Below are positions 49,009-59,000 of a stretch of 64,000 bases of DNA, one piece after another (within the stretch, counting starts at the first letter, position 1; every line of letters begins with the position of its first letter). Made by a program: the position numbers and the translations under genes. The notes under the pieces are model-generated. The model was not told the DNA's origin and did no database searches. It saw only the letters and a list, made by a program, of their open reading frames with translations. Source of the stretch: Candidatus Obscuribacterales bacterium (GTDB taxonomy: Bacteria > Cyanobacteriota > Vampirovibrionia > Obscuribacterales > Obscuribacteraceae); contig CBDDIJ010000003.1 of the NCBI GenBank assembly GCA_965228855.1, positions 800,001-864,000 on the forward strand, written 5' to 3'.

Positions 49009-52000
49009 TTAATTGAGGGGCTGTTCGGGCTTTCTGTTGCATACTATCGGATACAAACTCGGCAAAACAACAAGAGTAAGAAGGGTTGATGATACAAGAC
49101 CAGCAATCACCACGGTGGCTAGAGGGCGCTGGACTTCGGCGCCGACTGATGTCGCGATTGCCATTGGTACGAAACCTAAAGATGCAACCAGAGCGGTCAT
49201 CAATACCGGTCTGAGGCGCTGTTTTGCCGCGATCATAGCCGCTGCCCGCGGTTGTATCCTCATATCGTGTTCGAGATGGCGGATAGTGGAAACCAGCACC
49301 ACGCCGTTGAGTACGGCTACGCCGAATAGAGCGATAAATCCAACTCCTGCGGTGACTGATAGCGCCATGTTGCGCACGTAGAGTGCGACTATACCTCCTG
49401 AGAATGCCAGAGGAATGTTCAAAAAAATTAGAAATCCGGGTTTCCAGTCGTTGTATAAACCGAAGAGCAAGATAAAGATGAGCAAGAGGGAGAGTGGAAC
49501 TAATACCGCTAGCCGCTCCTGGGCGATGCGCATGTTTTCGAACTGCCCACCCCATTCGATGTGGTAGCCGGCTGGAAGGCGAACGTCTCTACCCACGGCT
49601 TTCATTGCCTCGTTCACGAAACCTCCGAGGTCACGCCCGCGTACATTGAGCTGCACGGTAAAGGTCCTATCTCCCTGAAAATGAGTTATCTGGGCTGGAG
49701 ACATCTCTCTGCGAACATCCGAGATTTGACTCAACGGTATCAATTCACCACTTGCAGTTGCGACAGGTAGTGAGCCAATATCCTCGGCTCTCTTTACGCT
49801 ATCCGGAGCAAAGCGGACAGCAAGTGGATAACGCGGCTTGCCTTCGTATATGGTACCGACTATCTTGCCTTCGATGGCAGCTGATACCGTATTCAGTGCA
49901 TCCAGGCTGCTAATACCGTAGGATGCAAGGGCTGGTTCCTTGAGTTTTGCTGTGACAATCGGAAGACCCGATGTCTGTTCTAATTTCAAGTCCCTGCAGC
50001 CTGTGACTTTGCGAACTGAGACCGCAATCTGATTTCCGATCTTTCGCAGGAGTTCCAGATCGCTTCCAAACACACGGATGGTCACATCGCTTTTGGCACC
50101 GGCGATAAGCTCATTCATGCGCTGCTCGATTGGTTGTGACATTGAGAAGATCAAGCCTGGGATGCAATCCGTCAGGTCATTTTCTATCTGTTCTTCTATA
50201 TCTTTCTGTGTCGTGCCAGTTTCCCATTGCGACGGTGGTTTGAAGACTATGAACACATCGGTTTCGTCCGGACCCATCGGATCGAAGGCGATCTCTGAAT
50301 GACCGGTTCTCGATACTATTCGCTCGACATTCTTATTTCTTTTAACGACCTGCTCTATTAGCGTGGTTTGCTCTTTTGCCGTGATGAGAGAACCGGAAAC
50401 CGGACGATTGACAGTGAGCACTATTGAACCTTCCTTCAAGACCGGCATGAATTCAGTGCCGAGCACAGGAACTGCCAGTAAGCTGCCGGCGAATATGAGT
50501 AAAGCCGCACCAGCTGTTAGGAACGGATGGCTTGCCGCCTGTAAAAGAATCCGGTGGTACGGTCTTTTCAAAATGCTCATGAACAAACTGTCCTTCTCCT
50601 GAACATTGCGTTCAAGAACGAAGTAACAGAGCGTAGGAGTTATGAATAATGCGACGAATAACGCGGTAATCAAGCCGAAAATAACAGTTAGAGCCATGGG
50701 GTGGAAGGTCTTTCCGGATACTCCGGGTAAGCCTAAAATTGGCAAGTATACGACTGTTATGATCAGCACCGCAGTTAGTACCGGTGCTGCTATTTCGGCA
50801 GCGGCGGTTTTAACTATTGCCAGTCGCTGGTTCTCCGGTAACTCGCTTGCCGGAGCATTATTTTTGTCTACTTTGTTAACGTCATCTATGTCGAATTGAA
50901 CAGGTGTATTGGCTTTTGCGTGGGCAAGGCGACGCATTATGTTTTCAACCATAACCACGGAACCGTCGATCAAAATTCCGAAGTCTATGGCTCCCAGTGA
51001 GAGTAAATTACCTGGAATTTTGCTCAGGTTGAGAAACAATAGAGAACCGGCCATTGCCAGCGGAATCGAGATGGCCGATATCAGGCCTCCTCGAAGACTT
51101 CCCAGTACGACCAGGAGAACAATTAAAACCAGAACCGCTCCGTGCTGCAGATTATCCTTGACGGTTTCCATCGTAAGGTCGATGAGGTCGCCGCGATCGT
51201 AGAACGTTTTAATAGACACATTTGTCGGTAAAGTCTTTTCCAGCGACTTAATTTTGGCGTTGATTCGATCAACGAGTTGTTTCGAGTTTTCACCTTTTCT
51301 CATTATGATGATACCAATCACGGTTTCACCATTCGCATCAGCAGTGACAATGCTTTGCGGCAGCGAATGACCAATCACGACGCTTCCAACGTCACGAACA
51401 CGAAGAGCTCCATTGGTAGACCGGCGAATGACGACGTTTTCAATGTCGGTTGTATTGCGCAAGAGACCGTCGGCACGCAGAAGAATTTGATCGCTGTTTT
51501 CAACTATGTATCCGCCGCCGGCATTTGAGTTCGTCCTGGTTAGAGCGTTAAACACCTCTGTGATCGTGCAAGCGTAACCATGCAACTTTTCCGGGTGCAG
51601 CCAGACTTGAAACTCTTTGGCTTCACCGCCCATGGATTGAACTTCGTCAGCACCCGCAACTGTTTTCAATGCTGGAATTATTTGCCAATCCAGAATGTCG
51701 CGCAATTGCATCAGCGAGTAACCCGGGCCTTTGACCTCGAATTGATAGACCTCGCCCAATCCGGTGGCAATAGGACCGAGCATCATTTTGACCTCGACCG
51801 TCTGCGGCATTTGTTGTTCCGCATTTTTCAGGCGCTCGTTCACTTGCTGGCGGGCCCAGTATATATCGGTGTCGTCGTCGAAAACCGCGGTCACCTGCGA
51901 TAACGCGTACTTGGATATGGACCTTTGTAACTTCAATCGCGGCATGCCCTGCAATGCCAGCTCGATGGGGTAGGTAATGTATTGTTCAACCTCCGAGGGG

Positions 52001-52179
52001 GCTAAACCGCGGGCGGTGGCAGTCACGGTTACCTGTACGTTTGAAATGTCCGGGACCGCATCCACGCTCATTTCCTTGAAGGCCCAGATCCCGGCTGCGA
52101 AAAATAGGAGTGTGCCGAAGAGAATCAAGACGCGTTTATCGAGCGCAAACTTAACTAAGCGTTCGAGAATACCGTCCAT
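49009..52179 (-). CDS. czcA: heavy-metal efflux RND permease, CzcA type
   Basis: DAVPDISNVQV, GPIATGLGEVYQ, GAIDFGILIDGSVVMVEN, RLRPVLMTA and GAEVQRPLA. Confidence 0.93.
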   Translation of the reverse strand: MDGILERLVKFALDKRVLILFGTLLFFAAGIWAFKEMSVDAVPDISNVQVTVTATARGLAPSEVEQYITYPIELALQGMPRLKLQRSISKYALSQVTAVFDDDTDIYWARQQVNERLKNAEQQMPQTVEVKMMLGPIATGLGEVYQFEVKGPGYSLMQLRDILDWQIIPALKTVAGADEVQSMGGEAKEFQVWLHPEKLHGYACTITEVFNALTRTNSNAGGGYIVENSDQILLRADGLLRNTTDIENVVIRRSTNGALRVRDVGSVVIGHSLPQSIVTADANGETVIGIIIMRKGENSKQLVDRINAKIKSLEKTLPTNVSIKTFYDRGDLIDLTMETVKDNLQHGAVLVLIVLLVVLGSLRGGLISAISIPLAMAGSLLFLNLSKIPGNLLSLGAIDFGILIDGSVVMVENIMRRLAHAKANTPVQFDIDDVNKVDKNNAPASELPENQRLAIVKTAAAEIAAPVLTAVLIITVVYLPILGLPGVSGKTFHPMALTVIFGLITALFVALFITPTLCYFVLERNVQEKDSLFMSILKRPYHRILLQAASHPFLTAGAALLIFAGSLLAVPVLGTEFMPVLKEGSIVLTVNRPVSGSLITAKEQTTLIEQVVKRNKNVERIVSRTGHSEIAFDPMGPDETDVFIVFKPPSQWETGTTQKDIEEQIENDLTDCIPGLIFSMSQPIEQRMNELIAGAKSDVTIRVFGSDLELLRKIGNQIAVSVRKVTGCRDLKLEQTSGLPIVTAKLKEPALASYGISSLDALNTVSAAIEGKIVGTIYEGKPRYPLAVRFAPDSVKRAEDIGSLPVATASGELIPLSQISDVRREMSPAQITHFQGDRTFTVQLNVRGRDLGGFVNEAMKAVGRDVRLPAGYHIEWGGQFENMRIAQERLAVLVPLSLLLIFILLFGLYNDWKPGFLIFLNIPLAFSGGIVALYVRNMALSVTAGVGFIALFGVAVLNGVVLVSTIRHLEHDMRIQPRAAAMIAAKQRLRPVLMTALVASLGFVPMAIATSVGAEVQRPLATVVIAGLVSSTLLTLVVLPSLYPIVCNRKPEQPLN

Positions 52180-53525
52180 TAGTTATCGCCTCCGACGAGC
52201 GCTTTAACGGCTTCTGTTTTCAACACGAAAGCTCCGCTCGATACAACTCGATCGCCGAGCTTCAAATTTCCTGAAACTAAAGTCCTCTCCCCGACGGTAG
52301 AAATCCTTTGTACGGCGGTTTTTTCAAATTGATTGTCGCCACGAGCGACGAAAACAAAATCGCTGCCCTCTATGTTTTGAATCGCTGACGTGTCAACAAT
52401 TAGCCCGCTCTCGCCGGGTCTCTGCGTGTGAACTTTGGCTATGACCATCATTCCTGGTTTTAGTAAACCGCTGCGATTTTGGATTTGGGTTCGCACTAAA
52501 ACTGAGTGACTATTTGGATCAAAGTTTTCACCCAAGCGTGTGATATGTCCGTCGAAGGTCATTCCAGGCGCAACTTCCGACGTGAACTTCACAGGGGTAC
52601 CGATATGGAGCTTCGAGACTTCCAGTTGAGGGACTTCAAGCATGACCCAGACGGTCTTAAGGTCGGCGATGCAGAGCAGGGAGTTGTGCTGCGCTTGTGT
52701 TGTTCTCGGTGCCATTGTCGTTGATAAAGGGCTCACGCCCTGTCCGGCGATGACATTGCGCTCTACGACCGTTCCTGACCTTGGACTGTAAAGCGGCAAC
52801 TCGGTTGTGATGTCATCCGGCGTCTTGCTTGGGCTATTGATACCCAGCGCTGCAAGTCGCACTTTAGCAGCACTCAACTGTGCCTTAGCTGCGTTGCCTG
52901 CGGCTTCCGATGCGACCAGTTCTGCACTTGTGGAGGCGACCTTCTCTTGTGCGATCTCGACATCGCGCTTTGCGGAAATGCCTTCATCAACCAAACCTTC
53001 AAGGCGCGTTTGGTTTTTCATCGATAATTCGAGTCGGGTCTTGATCAATCGTGTTGCAGCTTCGACTTCCTGCAACTTGGACAACGCATGGTAGTAGTTT
53101 GCCTGCGCTTCGGCGACGTCCGGGCTGGTGACGTACATGAGAATTTGACCCTTTTTTACGACGTCCCCTACGTCGACGAGAACACGGCTGACGACGCCAT
53201 TCATTTGCGGCGAAACGATACCTGTGTCGTCCGACGGCGCCTGTACTATTGAAGAGAAATCGAGGTCTTGCGATAGATGGCTCACTTGCACGGGGACTGA
53301 CTTTATCTGCGCGAAGTCGATTTGTTGTTGGGTCAGGTGGAGGAACATTGGGGCGGAAACCGTCCCGGCGGTCCTCGCCGCTCCACCCGTGGTGCTGAGT
53401 TTTTTCGTTGCTGATTCCGACGATGTTTTATTCGCCCGCGCAAACGTCGGGACGGTCGAATGACTGTCACAACCGGCGGAAAACACCACGGCAAGCGCCG
53501 CTAGCAAGAACCTGGTTCTTGTCAT
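52179..53525 (-). CDS. czcB: RND periplasmic adaptor (CzcB-like lipoprotein)
   Basis: Lipobox SAGC; VGDVVKKGQ, SPRSGTV, IADLKTVWV and LKPGM; coupled to the permease. Confidence 0.88.
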   Translation of the reverse strand: MTRTRFLLAALAVVFSAGCDSHSTVPTFARANKTSSESATKKLSTTGGAARTAGTVSAPMFLHLTQQQIDFAQIKSVPVQVSHLSQDLDFSSIVQAPSDDTGIVSPQMNGVVSRVLVDVGDVVKKGQILMYVTSPDVAEAQANYYHALSKLQEVEAATRLIKTRLELSMKNQTRLEGLVDEGISAKRDVEIAQEKVASTSAELVASEAAGNAAKAQLSAAKVRLAALGINSPSKTPDDITTELPLYSPRSGTVVERNVIAGQGVSPLSTTMAPRTTQAQHNSLLCIADLKTVWVMLEVPQLEVSKLHIGTPVKFTSEVAPGMTFDGHITRLGENFDPNSHSVLVRTQIQNRSGLLKPGMMVIAKVHTQRPGESGLIVDTSAIQNIEGSDFVFVARGDNQFEKTAVQRISTVGERTLVSGNLKLGDRVVSSGAFVLKTEAVKALVGGDN

Positions 53526-53633
53526 AATTTTTATTCCAATCGTAGAAGTTCTGGCAGAAATCGAAACAATCGAAATTGAAACCTGGTGTGCCAGGTATAG
53601 ACTTTCGCGGTTTCGAAGAAGGACGACTGGTTT

Positions 53634-54044
53634 TTAAATCAATAGTGCGCGTTTTAAAATATATAGCGGCGGTGATGCGCTTAGGATCTTGCGATGACTG
53701 GTAAACAGCCTCTTCGGAATGAGATCACGAAGTGCGAGCGCTGCCGTCAAGATTTGATGAAAGATAAGTAGGGTAACGGCTTGGAGCATTGCGACCGAGC
53801 CCGAAGGGTCTTCGGCAGACGACTCGACTAAGGGACTGTGAAAATGTGGACTGACGCGGCAAGGAATGCTGCCAACCAGGTTTTCAATTGAACGTTCGCA
53901 TTCGATGAAACTGTCGCTCAGCAAGCCGCCTGTCGAAAGATCGTGTAGGAACGTATTTGTCCAAACCAACGTGAATATGATCAATGCCGAGAAGAACGAT
54001 GTCTTCCCCCATACGGCGATTTTTGGTGTATGTAATGTTGGCAT
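53634..54044 (-). CDS. small membrane/periplasmic protein upstream of czcBA
   Basis: AAGGA RBS; TM segment, Cys/His residues, C-terminal SPPLYILKRALLI. Confidence 0.55.
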   Translation of the reverse strand: MPTLHTPKIAVWGKTSFFSALIIFTLVWTNTFLHDLSTGGLLSDSFIECERSIENLVGSIPCRVSPHFHSPLVESSAEDPSGSVAMLQAVTLLIFHQILTAALALRDLIPKRLFTSHRKILSASPPLYILKRALLI

Positions 54045-54118
54045 TTGATCCTTATCCTAGCAAAAGTCCCGGCTGATGAATACTCTAAATAACGAAGTTT
54101 TCGCTACCAGGAAAACAT

Positions 54119-54145
54119 AAGAGCAACGATTCGCTCGTTGCTCTT
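54119..54145 (-). terminator. terminator of the hsp20 operon
   Basis: aagagcaacga ... tcgttgctctt 11-bp stem. Confidence 0.7.
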
Positions 54146-54172
54146 GCTGTCCAGAGTCGGATGGACTCAAAG

Positions 54173-54847
54173 TTATTGGGTTTGGAGCTCCAGTTTTTTG
54201 ATTGGAGCGGAGGCTAGCTGACTTTTGGGTACCGTGATTGTGAGCACTCCATTTTTCAGCTGTGCGTCTGCTTTTTCCAGATCAACTTTATAGGGAAATT
54301 CCATGCGCTGCTCGAATCGCTGAGTGCAATGCTCCGCCGTCTGTCTTTTGGACTGGGCATCGCCTGCATCAGGCGACTCCATTTTTTTCTCCCCAACAAG
54401 CGTGAAACCATTGTCATTCAACTCGATGTTTAGCTCAGACTTCTCGTAGCCAGGGACTTCGACCCGAACTTTCAGAAGGTCGCCCACCTCAGATGTCTCC
54501 ATTCTTGGACCGGCGAATGCCAGTTCGCGAGACATCGGAAATGAATGCATATCGTCCCAGAGTGACCCGAATTTCCGCATCATAACTGTAGGAATGAATT
54601 CGTCACTCAGAAGCCAGCCCGTCCAGCGATTATTTGAATCTTGCCGGTCAGGTGAGCGTGTTTCTGTCTGAACTCGACCGCTTTTGCTGTTTTCTTGTAT
54701 TTTCGACGGTGTTATCTCCAGGTTTTTGCCTGCGGCAGGGACCGTCAAAAGGCAAGATGCCGCTGTGAATAACCCAAGTGAAATAGCGACCCTCATGAGT
54801 TTCCATCGAAAGTTTGGGGCGGCTATGTTTATCCGAACTCTACTCAT
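54173..54847 (-). CDS. Hsp20/alpha-crystallin protein with N-terminal signal/TM segment
   Basis: VEVPGY..E, F.Q...FP..VD and A.LKNGVLTITVPK; GGAGG RBS. Confidence 0.85.
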   Translation of the reverse strand: MSRVRINIAAPNFRWKLMRVAISLGLFTAASCLLTVPAAGKNLEITPSKIQENSKSGRVQTETRSPDRQDSNNRWTGWLLSDEFIPTVMMRKFGSLWDDMHSFPMSRELAFAGPRMETSEVGDLLKVRVEVPGYEKSELNIELNDNGFTLVGEKKMESPDAGDAQSKRQTAEHCTQRFEQRMEFPYKVDLEKADAQLKNGVLTITVPKSQLASAPIKKLELQTQ

Positions 54848-54866
54848 AGAACCTCCCGTGATTGGA

Positions 54867-55277
54867 CTAATCAACGCTTACTTCTATTTTTCTGGGTAGT
54901 GCGCGTTTGCTTTTCGGTAGGACCAGCTTGAGCACGCCGTTCTTCACCGTCGCCTGAATGCCCTCACGGTCTATCTCATTGGAGAGCGAGAAAACGCGCT
55001 TATAATCGCCGACACCGTATTCGGTATATGTTTGCGAAAAACCGCTGACTTCAGACTCTTCGACTCGTCCGTGGATTGTCAAAATGTTTTGTTCCAGGGT
55101 GATATCGATGTTGTCTTGCTTCACGCCAGGCATGTCAGCGAGAACTACTATCTGTTGGGTTGATTCGTAGATGTCCGCTCTTGGAACAAAGTATCTTCTT
55201 TCGGAATTGGTCGGGCGCTCCAGTTCTGCGTGTGCCGGCGTTTCGGATTTCTTGGTTTCTAACAATGCTGAAGACAT
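54867..55277 (-). CDS. Hsp20 small heat shock protein
   Basis: PRADIYE, ADMPGV, YKRVFSL and NGVLKLVLPK. Confidence 0.93.
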   Translation of the reverse strand: MSSALLETKKSETPAHAELERPTNSERRYFVPRADIYESTQQIVVLADMPGVKQDNIDITLEQNILTIHGRVEESEVSGFSQTYTEYGVGDYKRVFSLSNEIDREGIQATVKNGVLKLVLPKSKRALPRKIEVSVD

Positions 55278-55310
55278 ATTTCTGTTTCCTCTCTAAAAAA
55301 AAACGGTGTG

Positions 55311-55748
55311 TTACTGAGAACTGACGCTGATTTTTCTCGGTTTATCAGCTTCTGCTCTGGGCAACTTGATTTCCAGAATTCCGTCGTTGAAGCGAGCTTT
55401 TACCCCGTCACCGTCCACTGTGAAGGGCAGTTGAAGACTGCGTGTGAAGTGTCCGAAACGACGTTCTTTACGCGTGCAGGAGTGCTCCTCCTCAAAGGTT
55501 TCTTCGTGTCGAGAACCGCGGATCGTCACCGTATCGTTCACCAGCGAGATGTCTACCTTCTCTGGTTCTACGCCAGGTATTTCAGTTCTAACAACCGCTC
55601 CATCTTCGGAGGACCACACGTTGATAGGTGGGAACTCGGAGTAAGATGACTCGTGATTTGTTAGCCAGCGATTTAATTGCATCTCCAATTGTTTCATGTC
55701 TCTGAGCGAACGATAAACGTCATGTTCAGCCAATCTCTGAAGCAACAT
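55311..55748 (-). CDS. Hsp20 small heat shock protein
   Basis: FPPINVW, EIPGV, ERRFGHFTRSLQLP and DGILEIKLP; GGAGGA RBS. Confidence 0.93.
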   Translation of the reverse strand: MLLQRLAEHDVYRSLRDMKQLEMQLNRWLTNHESSYSEFPPINVWSSEDGAVVRTEIPGVEPEKVDISLVNDTVTIRGSRHEETFEEEHSCTRKERRFGHFTRSLQLPFTVDGDGVKARFNDGILEIKLPRAEADKPRKISVSSQ

Positions 55749-55754
55749 GGATAA

Positions 55755-55773
55755 GTCCTCCCTTTGGAAAAAC
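55755..55773 (-). promoter_or_regulatory. fourU-type RNA thermometer hairpin occluding the SD
   Basis: mRNA GUUUUUCC-AAA-GGGAGGAC, 8 contiguous pairs with UUUU:AGGA. Confidence 0.65.
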
Positions 55774-56011
55774 ATCGCTGTTTAGAAAGAGAGCGCTAGA
55801 TGATTGAAGTTCGATCTCTTTCTCAAGCCAGTGAACAGCAGTTGCTTTTGGCTTGTGGCAGCGATTGAAAATGTCACGTTTTTATTTTTATCGAACTTCA
55901 GTTTTGAGTCCAAATTTTTGCATCATTTTTTAAGAATTTTATGCTTCGAACCGGGCGTGGCCCGATATAACCTCGATCCTCATATATGCGATGTAGTTTG
56001 ATCATGATTTT

Positions 56012-59000
56012 TTAGATGGGCGAATTCGTGACAATCTGATTGTTGCCGGAGAAATCGATGCCCTGTCCTGTCGACGATTGATTATTGAGGATAATCTTCT
56101 TGTCATTGGCTGTGAAGGTCGTTGGTCCCGCGGAGCCGTCGCTTGAAATGGCAGTTGGGTTTTCACCGAAGTAGGTTTGACCTTTGCCGTTGTTTACAAC
56201 GATGATCTCGGCAGGAGGAGTGAACTCGCTTGGAACGGGGGTTGTTGGTTTCTTCGGCAACTCTCCGATTGCAAGAACTATATTTCCGGCTTTCTTGCCT
56301 CCGAAGGTTCTCATAGAACCTCCGTTAGCTGTCCAGATGGAACCAGTGGTGGTGCTTTTGGCTTGAAGTGTAATTCCACCGCTGGTAGCTATAATCTGTG
56401 AGCCGCTATTGCTGGAGATTCCTCCATTTTCACTTACTAGATTAACGCTGCCTTTGGTTAAGACCCGCACTGTTTGGTAGGTAATATTTCCGGTATTTGT
56501 TATGTCAACACCGCCATTCGCAGTCACATTTTGTCCTATCGGAATGCCTAGATTGGAAGAATCGTTGTTGATTGTCAGTGACGAATTTGTGAATGCATCT
56601 AGGGTCGTAGCCTGCGTATTCAGTGAGATCGAACCAGTGTCGGAGACGAGGCGAAGATTGTCGCCTGTGAGTACGACTCCTTTGGATGCTGAAATTTTCC
56701 CTTTGCCAGATGCCTCCAGCGAGACATTTGCCGAGTTGATGCTGTTCATCGCCAGCAGTGTGATGCCGTTTCCGCTTTCGATAGCTATTGAACCTCCCGC
56801 GGCGGAAAGAGAACCTTGAATTCCATTTTTTGGCGTCTTGGTACCACCAACGGTGAATGCCTTAGTGTATGCGGACGATAACTGGATAGTCCCACTGTTA
56901 CCGCCATTGACTCCGTCGACGTTCAAGTCGCCTAGCACGACTAACTTTCCGACTTTGTTGGATGGTGCTGCTCCAGCCTTCAACGTTATATTACCGCCGT
57001 TGTGAGCCCCGGCACCTGCGGAAGATGCAACATCGATGGCGCTAACGTCGACTGTGAGGTCTCCGTTTACATCCACGGTTACAGAACCTCCGTTGCCGTT
57101 GTTGGGACCTGCATGAGCGCTCAATTGTAGATATGCTACCTCGCCCTTCGGCGTTTTTGAAGGAACGCCCAAGTAAGTAGGCTTAGTGCTCTGGTCCGTA
57201 TAGCTTATGGAGCCGCCATTCCCGTTGTTTGCTCCGTTGGCGGTTATGACCAGCGGTGTGAGCGGCGTGCTCTGATTATTTGTGATTGAGTTTGCGCTGA
57301 GGGAGACCGTCCCACCGTTTGTGGTCGAGGAATTGGCGTTGATCGCATTAGTTGAAATGTCGAGATTCAAGTCTCCACTCGATGCTATGTTCAAAGTGCT
57401 TCCGTTCGTCGAGATACCACCACTAGTGGTGCTTATTGAAACAGCTGCATCCTGAGCGAGTGATGGTGTCGATTCATTTGCAGATATATTTGTAGAGCCG
57501 CTAATCATCAGGTTCGCGGAAGACAAACTGATCCGCCCTGCTTGTGTGTCAGTTGATAAACCTGAGCCATCGGAGGAAAGTGTTACTCCGCCGCCGCCGA
57601 ATTCTAAAAGCCCGCTCGAATTGATGGTTATGCTTCCCTTATCGCCGAATTCAGAGACGATGCCGCTTATAAAAACACCACCGGTCCCGCTGTTTTCGAT
57701 CAGGATGTCGCCGCCATTTTTTCCTGCCGTTATTGCACCGATTACCGTCAACTTTGTGATGTCTTCGTGACCGCGAACAGTAATATTACCGCCGTCAGCA
57801 GTGGGGGATGCTTGCGCTCTCAAAAGGTTCTGGGCTAAGACTCTTCCCGAGTCTGAGATGATGCTGATATCTCCTGCGTTGATCGTGCCACCACCAGGGG
57901 TGCCGTCAGTGATTACCGTCGAGGAGAGTGTGACTTGTGTGCCTCCGTGAATGAGGACATCTCCGCCGACGGTGGTTATACTCTGGTTGATTTGAATTCC
58001 GCCGGCGGGATTTATATCAGCTGACGGAACGATCGTGTTTCCCGATGTGATTGCTCCGGTCGTATCGAATGTCATCGATGTTCCGCTGCTGAATGCGGGC
58101 TGAGCCGTGGCGATTGTCACACCGCCATTGCTATTGGTGCCTCCGCTCGAGATCACCGCTGTGCCGATTGTGATTGCAGTACCGTTGCCACCGGCGATGA
58201 TATTAATGGCTCCATTTCTTCCATTCTCTCCAACGCCACTGCTGTCTATTAGTCCGGCGCCTAAGTTGATTATCCCTTTATTTCCGTTGCTGTCTGCGTA
58301 TGCTGCAATGGTGATGTCACCGCCCGCGGTGTCCTGGTTGGTTCCGTTCGACTCAATGCGCAAGTTGATTCCGCTAAGCGAGATGTTGCCACCTGTCGCC
58401 GACGCGCCATCAATCGTAACTGCTCCGGTGGCGGCTGTTCCTGGAACAGTAGTGGAAGGCGTTGTCCCGGATACGATGTTGGCTCCAGCGATGATCGTGA
58501 TATCCTGCCCGACACCGTTAGCATCAACGGCCCGGATGTTATTAAGACCCGCGCGGAGAATGTCACTGCTGGCGATGATTGCCAACTTCTCGCCTACCGT
58601 AATGTCGCCTGTTAACGAGATGTCACCTGTATTGTAATAGGTTGGATCGCCGACCAGGCACTGCGTACCGATAGTCAACATATCGGTATTGGCGCTTACG
58701 TGTGCCGCTGACCCCGTGGAATTGACCACGCCTGTGAGCTGGTTGACGAATACGTCAGTTGTTCCCATTCCGGTGAAAAGATTGAGCTCGCGCGAAATCA
58801 GATCTCCGCCGTAGACGGTAGTATTGCCGGTCCCGCTGTAATCTCCGGAGCGAATATTAATTGCGCCATTCTGAGCGAGAATGGTTCCTCCTGCGTTTGT
58901 CACGCTCAAGTCACTATCAGCAGTGCCGCCTAGCGTGATATTTTGGTTTGAAATAATCGAGCCAGTGTTGTTTATCGCGCGACCTGCTGTAATTTCCAGA

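Noticed and set aside
48899..49555. 218-aa ORF overlapping the czcA 3' end
   Set aside because: Alternative frame within a well-supported gene.
55791..55799. CIRCE-like half-site (GAGCGCTAG) upstream of hsp20
   Set aside because: No partner half-site 9 nt away.
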